IMG/VR virus record: IMGVR_UViG_3300050343_000256
Location: 1-64,000 of that record
DNA length: 64,000 bases
Strand: one strand, 5' to 3'
Source of the DNA: a virus
The notes under the pieces: generated by a model
Database searches by the model: none
What the model saw: the letters and a program-made list of their open reading frames with translations, nothing else
What the model was told of the DNA's origin: nothing
Shown: in pieces, positions 20,483-30,900 of the stretch
Layout: the number at the start of each line of letters is the position of its first letter
How positions within the stretch are numbered: the first letter of the stretch is position 1
Made by a program: the position numbers and the translations under genes

Positions 20483-20761
20483 TTAATCGAAAGATCTATC
20501 AGTCAAAGTCTGCCTAATTTGCTTGGCTTCTTGACTCCAGTCTTTCAAACCTCCACCGCTTAGGTTCCTGGCAGCTTCATGAGCCAGGTATCTAATTACT
20601 GAAGGATGAGTTACCAAGGCCTGCTTTGCCAGCATCTGGGTAATCTCCAAAAGCTCTAGTCGATCGAGCTTTTCAATCTTTTTGTTGAATTCAGCCAGTC
20701 TTAATTGCTCGCCTACGGTCGGCTCGATGACATTTTCGGTCACGGCCTCAGGATGATGCAT
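20483..20761 (-). CDS. NblA-like protein (divergent)
   Basis: TVGEQLRLAEFNKKIEKLDRLELLE resembles the NblA pattern LslEQqF....f...v..lsre. Confidence 0.4.
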   Translation of the reverse strand: MHHPEAVTENVIEPTVGEQLRLAEFNKKIEKLDRLELLEITQMLAKQALVTHPSVIRYLAHEAARNLSGGGLKDWSQEAKQIRQTLTDRSFD

Positions 20762-21164
20762 CTTATTTTTTTTACATTTCTTTAATCAAACTAGCGACGA
20801 TGACCCCAAGCATTCACCAAGGGAAGTTTCGGCGTGCCTTGAAAGGCAACCCCTTCCTAAAGACAGCAACGAGTAACTTCTACTTGGTGCAAGTAACTGA
20901 GTCATCAACCAGTGAAGACGATATCGAAGCACTGCATCAATTAGTAGCGGATCAGACGATCAGCTTTTTTGAGTACATTGAAGAATCTAAAGTCATCGTC
21001 ATTGAGACCGAGTCAAGAACTGCTTCTCGCGGCACTGAAACGTGCATCAACCAAAGAAGACGTTCGAAACCTGTTGGACACATATGGCCACGAACCAGTG
21101 TCTTCTGCATGGAATCATCTTGATTCGATTGACAAGGCTGCGTTGTCTCTAGTCAGAGTTTTCA

Positions 21165-21611
21165 ATGGATTCCTTCTCCATGACACTGGATCAGAACCTG
21201 ACCCTGTTCGAGACCAACAAACAAATCCTCAGTGAACTAAAGAACACCAATATCCAACTGCGTCAGGTAGTTATCTACCAACAGCAGACCTGCGAGCAGC
21301 TACATGCGCTCAATCAATTGATGCAGGGGTTTACTAATAACGGTGCCTCCTTAAACGGTTACATCCCTGATGCTTTCGTTTCGGCCTATGTTTCTGTCCT
21401 TGGGCCTGTACTTGCAAAGCGCCTAGATAAAGACGACATTGGTCTAGAGGAACTAATGAAAGGAGCAACGCTTTTAGCAAGGCGATTGCTCGAAGAACTC
21501 AACGCTTACAGGAGTGAGCAAGAAGGTCGAGACGTACTGGCTGATGTGTTGGCAAACTCCAACGATCCTTGGGAGCGACCAGACAACGCACCATCCGAGC
21601 TTGAGTCGTAA
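21165..21611 (+). CDS. hypothetical protein
   Basis: 148-aa helical ORF. Confidence 0.65.
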   Translation: MDSFSMTLDQNLTLFETNKQILSELKNTNIQLRQVVIYQQQTCEQLHALNQLMQGFTNNGASLNGYIPDAFVSAYVSVLGPVLAKRLDKDDIGLEELMKGATLLARRLLEELNAYRSEQEGRDVLADVLANSNDPWERPDNAPSELES

Positions 21612-21614
21612 GTC

Positions 21615-21643
21615 TTGCACTCTGCAAGACAAGCTGCTAATCT
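21615..21643 (+). promoter_or_regulatory. sigma70-type promoter
   Basis: TTGCAC-17 nt-TAATCT; overlaps the GTCTTGCA/TGCAAGAC dyad. Confidence 0.6.
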
Positions 21644-21644
21644 T

Positions 21645-22030
21645 AGGGCCATCGCTACGTATATAGCGGTGACCTAGGCATCAAGGTGTCTGACAATCAC
21701 TGTGATGATCCATGCGCAGTGATTGGGGTTTGGAGTGTCTCACTCTCTTCAAGCCTTGCGAGGATTCAAGGGGCTCGCTCAGACACACGTAGTAGCTTGT
21801 GTAAGTCCTTAAGAATCAACTGCGCGTTGAAGCCATAAGTAGATAGAGGTGGTCAGTCCTCAGCCTTTATCTGCTTTGCTCAAGTAAGTCGCAAACCTTT
21901 TCATAAGTCACCAGCGTTTAGATGACTTACTTAAATAAGCAGACATACTGACAGCGAGAGCCACGCAACCGGCGACAGCAAGGAAACCCATGAGTTTTAA
22001 TGCGGGTAATCAAGGGAATATTCCCTGAAT
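21645..22030 (+). ncRNA. candidate large structured ncRNA (about 380 nt)
   Basis: No ORF of 60 aa or more; at least 8 hand-identified helices including nested ones; upstream promoter. Confidence 0.65.
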
Positions 22031-22077
22031 AATCTAGTGCAACAAAATCGTTACATTCATTAAAAGCTTCGGCGTTA

Positions 22078-22845
22078 ATGGATGAACCAACAAGGTTCGA
22101 AATAGATGGTGCCAGGCACTACCGAACTGATAAGCCTGGAAAAATTTACCCAAGTGTGACGACTATCCTCGGCAAAACTGCGAGCGAACATTCCAAGAAA
22201 ATTCTGGCCAACTGGGGCAAGAAGAACCCCGGCGGAATGGAGAAGGCAGCGGCCAGAGGCACTGCAATACATAAAGCCTGCGAGGATTACATTCGTGGCT
22301 TTCCTGTTGACGTACCAGATGACTACCTGCCGTTCTGGCGAGGCATCAGCAAACACTTGGATAAATACGATTACTTTGTATGGTCTGAGAAACCGCTAAA
22401 GCCAGAGTGGAATTACTGCGTTGGGCATGACGGAATTGCCAGGGTCTGGAGCCACGAATACGGCTTCGTCGGTTGCCCAGATATCGTAGGAGTGAGAAGT
22501 GGGGTTGTTATCCTGGGAGATTTTAAAACCTCAAACCAACCTTATTGCCGGTACTACGGTAAGGAGAATCCAGTATGGAAAGCCAACTTTACTGGCTGGA
22601 GCAAATTAAACAAATGCGGTCTGCAGCTCGGTGCTTACGCCCTTGCGGTCGAGGAGACTTTGGGACTCAAAGTGGACTGTGCGCAAATAATTGTTTCCAC
22701 GCCAGAGATCGATCAGTCGTTCATGTTCCAAGGCGACGAGCTATCTAGGTTTCAAACGAAATGGCTTCAACGAGTCAGGCGCTACAAAGAGCTCAAGGAG
22801 ATCGAGCACCAGGAGGAAATTGAGCGGCAAGCTAATGAAAGCTAG
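22078..22845 (+). CDS. PD-(D/E)XK exonuclease
   Basis: YPSVTTIL; RGTAIH; G.PD; DFKTS; QLGAY. Confidence 0.9.
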   Translation: MDEPTRFEIDGARHYRTDKPGKIYPSVTTILGKTASEHSKKILANWGKKNPGGMEKAAARGTAIHKACEDYIRGFPVDVPDDYLPFWRGISKHLDKYDYFVWSEKPLKPEWNYCVGHDGIARVWSHEYGFVGCPDIVGVRSGVVILGDFKTSNQPYCRYYGKENPVWKANFTGWSKLNKCGLQLGAYALAVEETLGLKVDCAQIIVSTPEIDQSFMFQGDELSRFQTKWLQRVRRYKELKEIEHQEEIERQANES

Positions 22846-22879
22846 ACGAATTTAGAATAATGGATATTACTAACTGATA

Positions 22880-23626
22880 GTGTCTAATAACTTTCTCCCA
22901 ACTCTCTACGACGCACGCAACAATCGACTATTTGGTGCTCGCCCTGATGGCACATATGCTTACGTAGATCCCAACCCCACGACAAGGAATAGTCAGAACC
23001 CTGACTACATTTACGTTTCAGATACAGAAAATATAATCGAATTCGAAGTCCCAACAGGGAAGCATTACGTTGTTTACCTACCTGATGGGACCCTCGATAA
23101 TTACATCAATAACTCTTACCCAACTAACAGCGAAATCCAAGTCGTCAACATCGGACAGGGCTCGCTCGAGGTCATTTTCTTTGGTTATACCTACGAACCC
23201 AAGTCTGTAAACGGCACTCAGCTCACCGGCCAATGGGCGGAAGCAAAGCTGCGATGCCGTGGCGAAAACGACTGGATCGTCAATGGTCAAGTCGGACCAT
23301 CAAACGCCAAGAATTACTCAGTAGTCAACAGTGGTTCTGGCGCCTACGCTTTTACCGGCGAGGGCCTCACAAGCGAGTCAAATCCAAGCTTGACACTCAT
23401 GGTGAACCAGGAACTTATCCTTACCGTGGACGCCACTGGACATCCACTATGGATAAAAGATGTCGGAGAGACTGGCGAAGGGACTGCAAGTATTGATGGT
23501 GCGGGACCTGTCGATAACAACGGCGCACAAACAGCGGTTATCAGGTTCCGTGCGTTCACTGCTGGCACTTACTATTACAACTGCCAGTACCACGCTGGAA
23601 TGAGGGGAACAATTACGGTCAGCTAA
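22880..23626 (+). CDS. probable virion protein with C-terminal cupredoxin-like domain
   Basis: GHPLWI...YYYNCQYHAGMRGTITV. Confidence 0.65.
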   Translation: MSNNFLPTLYDARNNRLFGARPDGTYAYVDPNPTTRNSQNPDYIYVSDTENIIEFEVPTGKHYVVYLPDGTLDNYINNSYPTNSEIQVVNIGQGSLEVIFFGYTYEPKSVNGTQLTGQWAEAKLRCRGENDWIVNGQVGPSNAKNYSVVNSGSGAYAFTGEGLTSESNPSLTLMVNQELILTVDATGHPLWIKDVGETGEGTASIDGAGPVDNNGAQTAVIRFRAFTAGTYYYNCQYHAGMRGTITVS

Positions 23627-24253
23627 TTAACCCAGAGCAGCTTTCGCACTAAAGGCTGCAGTGATGTCCTCGGCAGTCTCGTCAAGAATCCAGGCGAAAC
23701 TCTCGACGCAATCATTGTCAAACTTTCCGTGCGACAGATCTTCCAAAACTTCACCTGTCAACCCAAGTTTCGTGAGAATTTTCTGGCTGACATTCTTAGC
23801 TTTTAGCTGCTCAGCTGGCCATGTATAAAGAGGGTCTTCATGAACGACCTCAACGTTTTCAGCAAAGGGGAGACTGTAAGCATCACTCGCACTGGCCGCT
23901 GCGAGGATCTTTGGCATATCAGCTTGCACGCTTTCCTTGCGTATCCAAGACGTTACATCCTCAATGGTTACCTGTGATACATATTCTCCTGTCTTGTAGT
24001 AAGCACTCAATGCAGTCAGGCTGACCCCTAAGGTCTTTGCAAGGTTCTCCTGAATCTCCAAACCGACCTTGAAAGGCGATATAGAACCCCTCAAATACTT
24101 TGTCAGTGTTCCAATCGTGATCGATATTTCAGCACACAACTCTCGCTGCGACAGCCTGTTGGTGATCATGCTTTGCTTTAACGCATTAACAAAGCGTTGA
24201 TTGACCTCAGAGCAACTGTCGTGTGTTAGGTGTCGTTCGATTTGCGCGTTCAT
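23627..24253 (-). CDS. XRE-family HTH regulator (repressor candidate)
   Basis: LSQRELCAEISITIGTLTKYLRG...LAKTLGVS. Confidence 0.75.
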   Translation of the reverse strand: MNAQIERHLTHDSCSEVNQRFVNALKQSMITNRLSQRELCAEISITIGTLTKYLRGSISPFKVGLEIQENLAKTLGVSLTALSAYYKTGEYVSQVTIEDVTSWIRKESVQADMPKILAAASASDAYSLPFAENVEVVHEDPLYTWPAEQLKAKNVSQKILTKLGLTGEVLEDLSHGKFDNDCVESFAWILDETAEDITAAFSAKAALG

Positions 24254-24475
24254 GAAAAGAAGTTTACGACCAACCGCAATAGGCGTGAATGCCTAGCAGC
24301 CTCACTTTGTACATCACTTTTTATAGCTGAATGCGAAGGGTAGTAGTACAAGGCTTTATACGTTTTTTGCATTTCCGTCAGAAACACGCACTATCGGGAT
24401 CAAAGCTCGTCTTACGCATTGATTGCCAAGAGCAAATAACTCGCCATAATCGAGGTGACATGTCACTCATTTTGT

Positions 24476-26973
24476 ATGCCAGACCAAAGTTGTATCGTCG
24501 AATACAGTATTCATAGCACCTGCTACCAGAAACGTCATAAGAAAAGTGATTTTTCGGACTCTTGGTCCCGTGATTGGCAACCAAAGGAAACCCCTTTAGA
24601 GGAACTCAGGGACTGGGTTGGATCTGGTATGGCTTTCATTGGTGCTCGAATGTCCTCACACCATAGGTCCAGCAGTGCGTTTGAGTGCAGCGATCTTGCA
24701 GTTGTTGATATCGACCACGGCTTGTCGATCAAAGAGTTTCTCGAACACCCACTAGCTGCAAGTGCGGCCTGGTCATATACACGAGCTCTCGCCATGGCCA
24801 AATGCCGGAAGATCGATTTCGAGTCGTGTTCAGACTGCCGCAGCGAATCCACGATCCTGAAATCTATAAGGGTGTCGTCACCCTTTTGATCAGGTCACTC
24901 GGCAGTGATAAGAGCTGTTCTGACCCCTGCCGCATCTTCTATGGCAGCGATCCAACAGAGCATATTTTGTGGCAGCCAGAGGCTCAACTACCTGATTCAA
25001 TTCTTGACGCTGCGGAAGATCATGCTCGGAAAATGGCAGCGCGAGCAGCTGTCTCTACAAACACGATTGATCAGCAATCAATCGACCAAGCCGTCTTCGT
25101 TCTCGAGCAAGTCCTCGAGCCGACTGTTGATGGAGACCGAGACAGATTCCGATGCATCACCGCATCAGCAGCAACTGCTGGCTCAGCACTGTTTCCGGCC
25201 TGGAGCGACTGGGCGAGCAGAGGGCATCACGGCAAAGGAAAGAATGCAAAACAATCAACTGAGAAATTCTTCAGAGGATTCCGTGGTTCAGGCCTCGGAA
25301 CTCTGTTTTTCTGGGCATCAAAAGAGGACCCTGACTGGAGATCCAGGCTCCCTGCAGAGCTTCGACGATCCAGTGAAAGCTCTTCCCAATGCTTTGGGTC
25401 GGCACTTGGTTATGACCACAGCGATTTCATTGGAGATCCTGATGATGATTTCTTCTATGAGGGACCAACTCCCAACACCGGAACCACTCAAGGTCTCTTT
25501 GACGCCGAGCGCCCATGGACCCAAGTGGCAGTCATTGAAAGACCGCCGGTAGAAGCACCGCCTATCAACACGAGTGATTCAGATGACGACGATGGAGGCG
25601 ATGGTTTCGGGGGTGATAACGAACCGCCTACAGAAGAAGGAGTTCCTCGAGTTCGAGCTGGTCGGGGCAGACCTCGCGGAGATGGTGAGGTTCAAGTTGT
25701 CGTCGATATCAAAACGAGACTGCAGCGCCTCTATCCAGGCTTGCGAATGAACTCCATGTCTCAAGACTTGGAATATGGATCAGTCGAGAAACCAATCAAA
25801 GTTGACGACGCATCAACCGCTTATGTCCGCATCAGCAATGGGGCGGGGCAAGTATTCCCAAAGACGCTTACTTATGACACCGCTTTAATTGTCGGCAGAG
25901 AAAATGCCTATCACCCAGTTACCGCCTACCTAGAGAAGTGTGCCCTTAAAGGAGAGACCTGCGGCTATTTCGATCGGATCGCATCGGAGCTACTCGGACT
26001 CAGGGGCGACGAGCTCACTAATCCAACGATGCCCTGCGGGAATCTGCTCGCCGATGTGATCATGAAACGCTTTCTGGTGGGAGCCGTTGCTCGAGTCTTG
26101 GAACCAGGCTGCACTCATGACTGGATGCCGATTCTCATTGGCTCTCAGAACTCAGGCAAGACAACATTTTTCCAATACCTCACTCCTCCTGCTCCTGACT
26201 CACCGGGTTCCCACCCTTGGGTAAGCACTGTGCAGCAAGGGATCAATCTCCTGAAGGACCGGCCTCACATCCTCCACGCAGGCTGGTTGGTTGTTATGGA
26301 TGAATGCGAGCGCTATTTCCGGCGTCAGTACACCGAGGAGCTCAAAAACATCGTCTCAATCGGAGTCGATCGCAGCGCAAGAAAATACGAGAACGAACGC
26401 AACTTCCTCCGCTCCTTTGTCCTAGCTGGTGCAACGAACTCAACCGATTTCCTGGTCGATCCAACCGGTAATCGCAGGTTCATGCCAATCGTCGTTGACG
26501 GCAAAGTTCCCAGCAAGGAAAACCCCAACATCCGCATCATTGACCTGGACCGTCTCAAAGAAGACCGGGACAAGATCTGGACGTCTGCGTATCAGGCCTA
26601 TTTAGATAAACCGGTCCATACCTTCAGCAGCTATGAGCTGTCGTTCATGAAGGAGTATATGGAAACGTTCCAGTCAGATAGTCCTCTGGAGTACCAGCTT
26701 GACCTAGTTATGACGACCAAGCACTCGGGTGAGCATGGCTCCGACCAAAGGAAGCAGCGGTACTGGCTGATGGCTGATCTCTTTGAATGGCTCGAGATCC
26801 CTCTCAAAGAGGAACGGTCCATGGCTCGACACATCTCAGACGCCTTGAAGAAGAAGGGATTCACAAAGCGCCGTGTCAAGGTGCGGGGCAAGGTTCTCAA
26901 TATGTGGCTGACAAGCGATCCGCTTTACAACGAGAGCCTTGGATCCGCTGCTCCGATGTCTCGAAACTGGTAA
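24476..26973 (+). CDS. primase (AEP-like plus PriCT-2) / VirE helicase, split by a -1 frameshift near 24780
   Basis: VDID...YT|TSSRH..DRFRVV across the frame change; Walker A GSQNSGKT; MDECE; DPTGNRRF. Confidence 0.85.
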
Positions 26974-26974
26974 T

Positions 26975-27375
26975 ATGAGACTGTTGTGAGACGGGACTCA
27001 TCTGAGACTCATGCCATTCCCTTGCTGGGAGTGGCTTTTTTATTTAGGGGCTGATCCAATCACCTGCTGGTTTGCTATCAAGACACCGCTTAATCGCTGT
27101 TCACGATATGAGTCTCATCAGGTGACACTAGGTGCCATGCTCCTACAACCTTTCTCCAGGAAAATAAATTCAAATCACCCTTCTTTTCTTGCTGTCTTCC
27201 CTCTAGCGAATAGCTTTCATTTCGCTAGACTCATCACACGATTGGAAGCGGTTTCTTGGTTGTCCGTATAAACCAAGAGGGAAAGGAATTACCTGGAGAA
27301 AGGTGGGAGGCACGCGACACCGCATGTCACCTGAAAGGAACCCAGTCATATCAACGGATCTGCGGTGACATGCCA
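26975..27375. other. candidate replication origin
   Basis: TGAGAC/GACTCA iteron-like repeats and a GCATGTCACC/GGTGACATGC inverted repeat directly after the helicase. Confidence 0.45.
27013..27044 (+). terminator. intrinsic terminator
   Basis: GCCATTCCC-loop-GGGAGTGGC-TTTTT. Confidence 0.7.
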
Positions 27376-27528
27376 AACGGGCAGGTTACAAGATCTGCAA
27401 AGGAGGGCAAACGCATTGCAGCGCAACGAGTTACGGCGAACTGCATTTGACAAAATGACAACTAAAACCAAAACAGCTTGCAAAACGCCTGACATCTTTT
27501 ACTATTCCGGCACCAGCGAAGAGCATCC

Positions 27529-27822
27529 ATGGCAAATCTGACAATCAATCACCCCCTGTACGCAACTGATCGAGAGATAGTGGATGGGCTCCTCGCTCAA
27601 TCGCAGCCAGACACGCTCGCACTCAGTCATGCAGGGCGGCTTTTCATCCGGTATGAAGGATTCCCTGGCGCATACGATATTAAAGAAGACTTGGCCAAAT
27701 GCCTAAACAATTGGGGCATGGATCGGGATCAAATGAATGCATCCTGCATCAAGCTTTGGGGCGAAGGGTTTCGACCTGGCGATGCCTCAAATGAACTTTC
27801 TATAGGCTCTGGCGCAAGCTAA
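27529..27822 (+). CDS. DUF3288 family protein
   Basis: HPLYATDREIVD...RLFIRYEGFPGAYDI..DL...L..WG. Confidence 0.85.
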   Translation: MANLTINHPLYATDREIVDGLLAQSQPDTLALSHAGRLFIRYEGFPGAYDIKEDLAKCLNNWGMDRDQMNASCIKLWGEGFRPGDASNELSIGSGAS

Positions 27823-27824
27823 CG

Positions 27825-28082
27825 ATGAACGGATCATTCGAGATAAAAGCCATGCTGCGTAGCACTGAGCCTTCCTGTCATGTGCTTCTCGAATGTCAAA
27901 GGGCATTAGAAGCCAGCAAAGACATTAAGCTCCACCGACTTATCGGCCAAGCATTGGATCGCTGGGGAATTTCGAAGGATGAACTGAGGATACGGAATCG
28001 CCTATGTGAGCTGGACTTTAATGCTTCTCCAGTTTCCGAAGCCTGCTCTCGTGATCTTGCAATCGAGTATCAAGGGCATTAA
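27825..28082 (+). CDS. degenerate DUF3288-like paralog
   Basis: ALDRWGISKDEL resembles CLNNWGMDRDQM of the preceding gene. Confidence 0.4.
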   Translation: MNGSFEIKAMLRSTEPSCHVLLECQRALEASKDIKLHRLIGQALDRWGISKDELRIRNRLCELDFNASPVSEACSRDLAIEYQGH

Positions 28083-28224
28083 TATCCTGGCCAATATCAA
28101 TACGAAGCAATTGGACTTCTTTTAATATTGCTTCCATACCGCGCTGCATTTTGCCTTGCTCGAACGCCATGCGCCACAGAGCTCCAACAGCAGCAACACC
28201 AATAAGAGCACCAACTTCAAGCAT
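28018..28224 (-). CDS. small transmembrane plus coiled-coil protein
   Basis: Hydrophobic N-terminus; RLQDHESRLRKLE. Confidence 0.6.
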   Translation of the reverse strand: MLEVGALIGVAAVGALWRMAFEQGKMQRGMEAILKEVQLLRIDIGQDINALDTRLQDHESRLRKLEKH

Positions 28225-28264
28225 TTTATTTGCTTGTATTTTCTCCTTCTATTCTAAGAAGAAC

Positions 28265-28771
28265 ATGGACAATCTTCGTGCTCCAAAAGCTCCAACTCAT
28301 TGGGATCAAAGATTTCTCGTCATCGCTTCTCACTTTGCTGGCTGGTCGAAAGATCCATCCACAAAAGTAGGCGCAGTAGCGGTACGCAATAGAAGAATTC
28401 TTGCGCAAGGGTACAACGGACTACCCGCTGGAGTTTCTGATACAGAGGCGAGACTTATGGACCGGACGACAAGACTTGCGATGACTGTGCATGCAGAAAC
28501 CAATTGCATCTGTCATGCCGCACAGAACGGAGTGTCGTTGATTGCAGCCACCATGTATGTATGGCCTTTGATGACATGCAGTAACTGCGCATCAATGCTG
28601 ATCCAGTCAGGAATTATCAAGGTAGTGGTTCCAAACTTTGTAGAGCCGCAGCGCTGGCAGGATTCATTTGACCTAGCTCGAACGATGTTCCTAGAAGCTG
28701 GAGTTTCGGTTGACCGAATCCCAATGTCAGGCCCAATCAATCCAATGGAAGAAGATGATTCAGCGCTCTGA
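28265..28771 (+). CDS. dCMP deaminase
   Basis: SKDPSTKVGA; GYNG; HAE.N; C..C. Confidence 0.9.
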   Translation: MDNLRAPKAPTHWDQRFLVIASHFAGWSKDPSTKVGAVAVRNRRILAQGYNGLPAGVSDTEARLMDRTTRLAMTVHAETNCICHAAQNGVSLIAATMYVWPLMTCSNCASMLIQSGIIKVVVPNFVEPQRWQDSFDLARTMFLEAGVSVDRIPMSGPINPMEEDDSAL

Positions 28772-29396
28772 AATAGCAAGCAACGAAAAATGACTAACCT
28801 ATCTTGCAGAGCGCAAGACTTCTGATTAATGTTGGCTTTACAGGTTGGACATCGAATCCTGCATAAGGTCACCGGCCAGGCAGGGTTTGTGACGTCCGCT
28901 TCTTCAGCCACTGGCTGGAATAAAGGATTAGTCACCGTCACACTTGAAGGTTCAACGCGATCGGAAGATTGGCCTCTAAGCCAAGTCCGCCTTCGCCAAA
29001 GCTCTGAGCAGCTGGCAATTCATGGCGGCGAGTTCATTCCACCAAAGGGTTTTCCCCTAAATACAAAATGAGCACAAAAGAGTCAAGACGACAGGCGCCG
29101 CGCTTTGGTATTGGCGACCGTGTCGTCGAGGTAAAAAACTTTGGCGACCACTGTATTCGGCCAAGTCATCCTGACTTTGAGAAAATTACACGGATGATTC
29201 ACCACCGCCGGCAAGGCTGCGTTGTCGGATTTAAGACAGCGAAGAACACTCGTGGCCATGCCATTAATTATGCGCTTGTGATTTGGGATCAATTCAAAAC
29301 ACCAACTCAACACTGTGTGTCGAGATTGCGCCGAATGGAAGCACCCGAAACTGTCAACGCATGAAATCGATACATTCTCAGCATTAGGAATCACAT

Positions 29397-30086
29397 ATGG
29401 CACAGTGGCCGCTACCACCTGATCTGCATTCAAGAACAGAGGCTGGTCCGCTGTGCCCTTTCAGCGACCACTCCCTTGGGAGTAGAGACGGACGAATCGC
29501 GAGATATGACGACAGCCATGCTTGCGTGAGATGCGTCTCAGCACTAACAGAGGGAAGGCTGACTCTGGATGTTCACAAGATTCACCGCAATCATCGTCGT
29601 CGTTTTCTCGAGTTCTGGTCGTTCGTAGAAATAAATGAACCAGATGAATGCTGGCCATGGCGAGGCAAGCAGCATTCAAAGACTCACTCTACATATTTCT
29701 CTATCCCACGATTCTGGGGAAGCGCACGTCAATACTCCGCTCAGCGTGCTGCTTTCTGGTACAGCTGGGGTGACGTTGGGAGACTTCCCATTAAGGCAGT
29801 TTGCGGAAATAATCAGTGCTGCAATCCGTTACATCTGAAAGCAAAGGGAGTTCCCCACTTTCATCACAACAGACATATGAGCAAAATTGACTTGGAGTAC
29901 AACTCAAACAAACTCGAGCACGATACGCTTTTATTCTTAGAAGCAACCAAGGAGAAAGACTCAAGACGCTTTGAAAAGATTCAAAAAACCAACAAGCTCT
30001 GGATTGATTTCCGGATGTCATCAGACAAGCCAGTCCAAATTGAAGACCTGATAAAGGCTGCGATGACAGAAGAAGACAGTCCTTAG
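29397..30086 (+). CDS. HNH/His-Cys-type endonuclease-like protein
   Basis: DECWPWRG...VCGNNQCCNPLHL. Confidence 0.65.
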   Translation: MAQWPLPPDLHSRTEAGPLCPFSDHSLGSRDGRIARYDDSHACVRCVSALTEGRLTLDVHKIHRNHRRRFLEFWSFVEINEPDECWPWRGKQHSKTHSTYFSIPRFWGSARQYSAQRAAFWYSWGDVGRLPIKAVCGNNQCCNPLHLKAKGVPHFHHNRHMSKIDLEYNSNKLEHDTLLFLEATKEKDSRRFEKIQKTNKLWIDFRMSSDKPVQIEDLIKAAMTEEDSP

Positions 30087-30130
30087 AATTAGTCAATTAG
30101 AAAAGAAACTTACACAGTACGTTTAGAGCT

Positions 30131-30829
30131 ATGGGATCAAGCGCAAACTACGACACCAGAACAGGCAATTCAAACAACTACGATGCAGGGCATTGGGGAA
30201 AAGGCAACTTTGATATCAAGGAATTAGCCGAGCGCTATGGCCTTGACACCAGTAATCCAGGCAGAACAGAGCATGACATCTACGGGAAAGATGCAGATGG
30301 CAATGAGGTCTACATTGGGCGATCCAATATGGGCATGGCGTCCAACAAGGATCTAATCAGAGCACACTCAAATCAAGCGCATCCAGATGAGGGCGATCAT
30401 TTCGCTGAAGGCTCAAACCTAAGCAGCAGTGGAGATATTCGAGGTGCAATTCTCAATCAATGGAATAGAGGTGCAGCTGCTAAAGCAGAGCCAGAGCCAG
30501 AGCCAGAACCCGACCTTGTCCTTGAAGAGTCGACTCAAAAGTACAAAGACACTCGACTAGATCTACCTGAAAACGCGCAACCAGAATTCGGTTACTCAGA
30601 CGACGTTTACAAGGACGCCATCAGCCACGGAGACGATTTAAACAAGCACTATGCACGAAAATTTCTTCCAAGTCTTGAAGCAGAAGCGAAGCTGACTGCT
30701 CACGAGATAGGAAGAAGCGGCCTAAAGCACATGCAAAATATGAAGGGCACAGTCGGAGGGCAACTAGGTGACGGAAAAGATTTGTTTGAGTATTACGCCA
30801 ACTATTTAAATGACGCCTACGACGCGTAA
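30131..30829 (+). CDS. hypothetical protein with EP-repeat linker
   Basis: 232-aa ORF; TAGAAT upstream. Confidence 0.65.
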   Translation: MGSSANYDTRTGNSNNYDAGHWGKGNFDIKELAERYGLDTSNPGRTEHDIYGKDADGNEVYIGRSNMGMASNKDLIRAHSNQAHPDEGDHFAEGSNLSSSGDIRGAILNQWNRGAAAKAEPEPEPEPDLVLEESTQKYKDTRLDLPENAQPEFGYSDDVYKDAISHGDDLNKHYARKFLPSLEAEAKLTAHEIGRSGLKHMQNMKGTVGGQLGDGKDLFEYYANYLNDAYDA

Positions 30830-30900
30830 CAATTCTTTGCACGACTGAGCAAGCATTTTGCACGACAACCCGGTAACTTCTGCTCAGTTGCATTTCCGAC

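Noticed and set aside
21645-22030. Assignment to HEARO/omega RNA, tmRNA or a group II intron
   Set aside because: Only short word matches; no IscB/TnpB or reverse transcriptase, no tRNA-like ends, no domain V
22078-22845. Cas4 of a CRISPR system
   Set aside because: No four-Cys Fe-S pattern or cas context; fits an ordinary phage exonuclease
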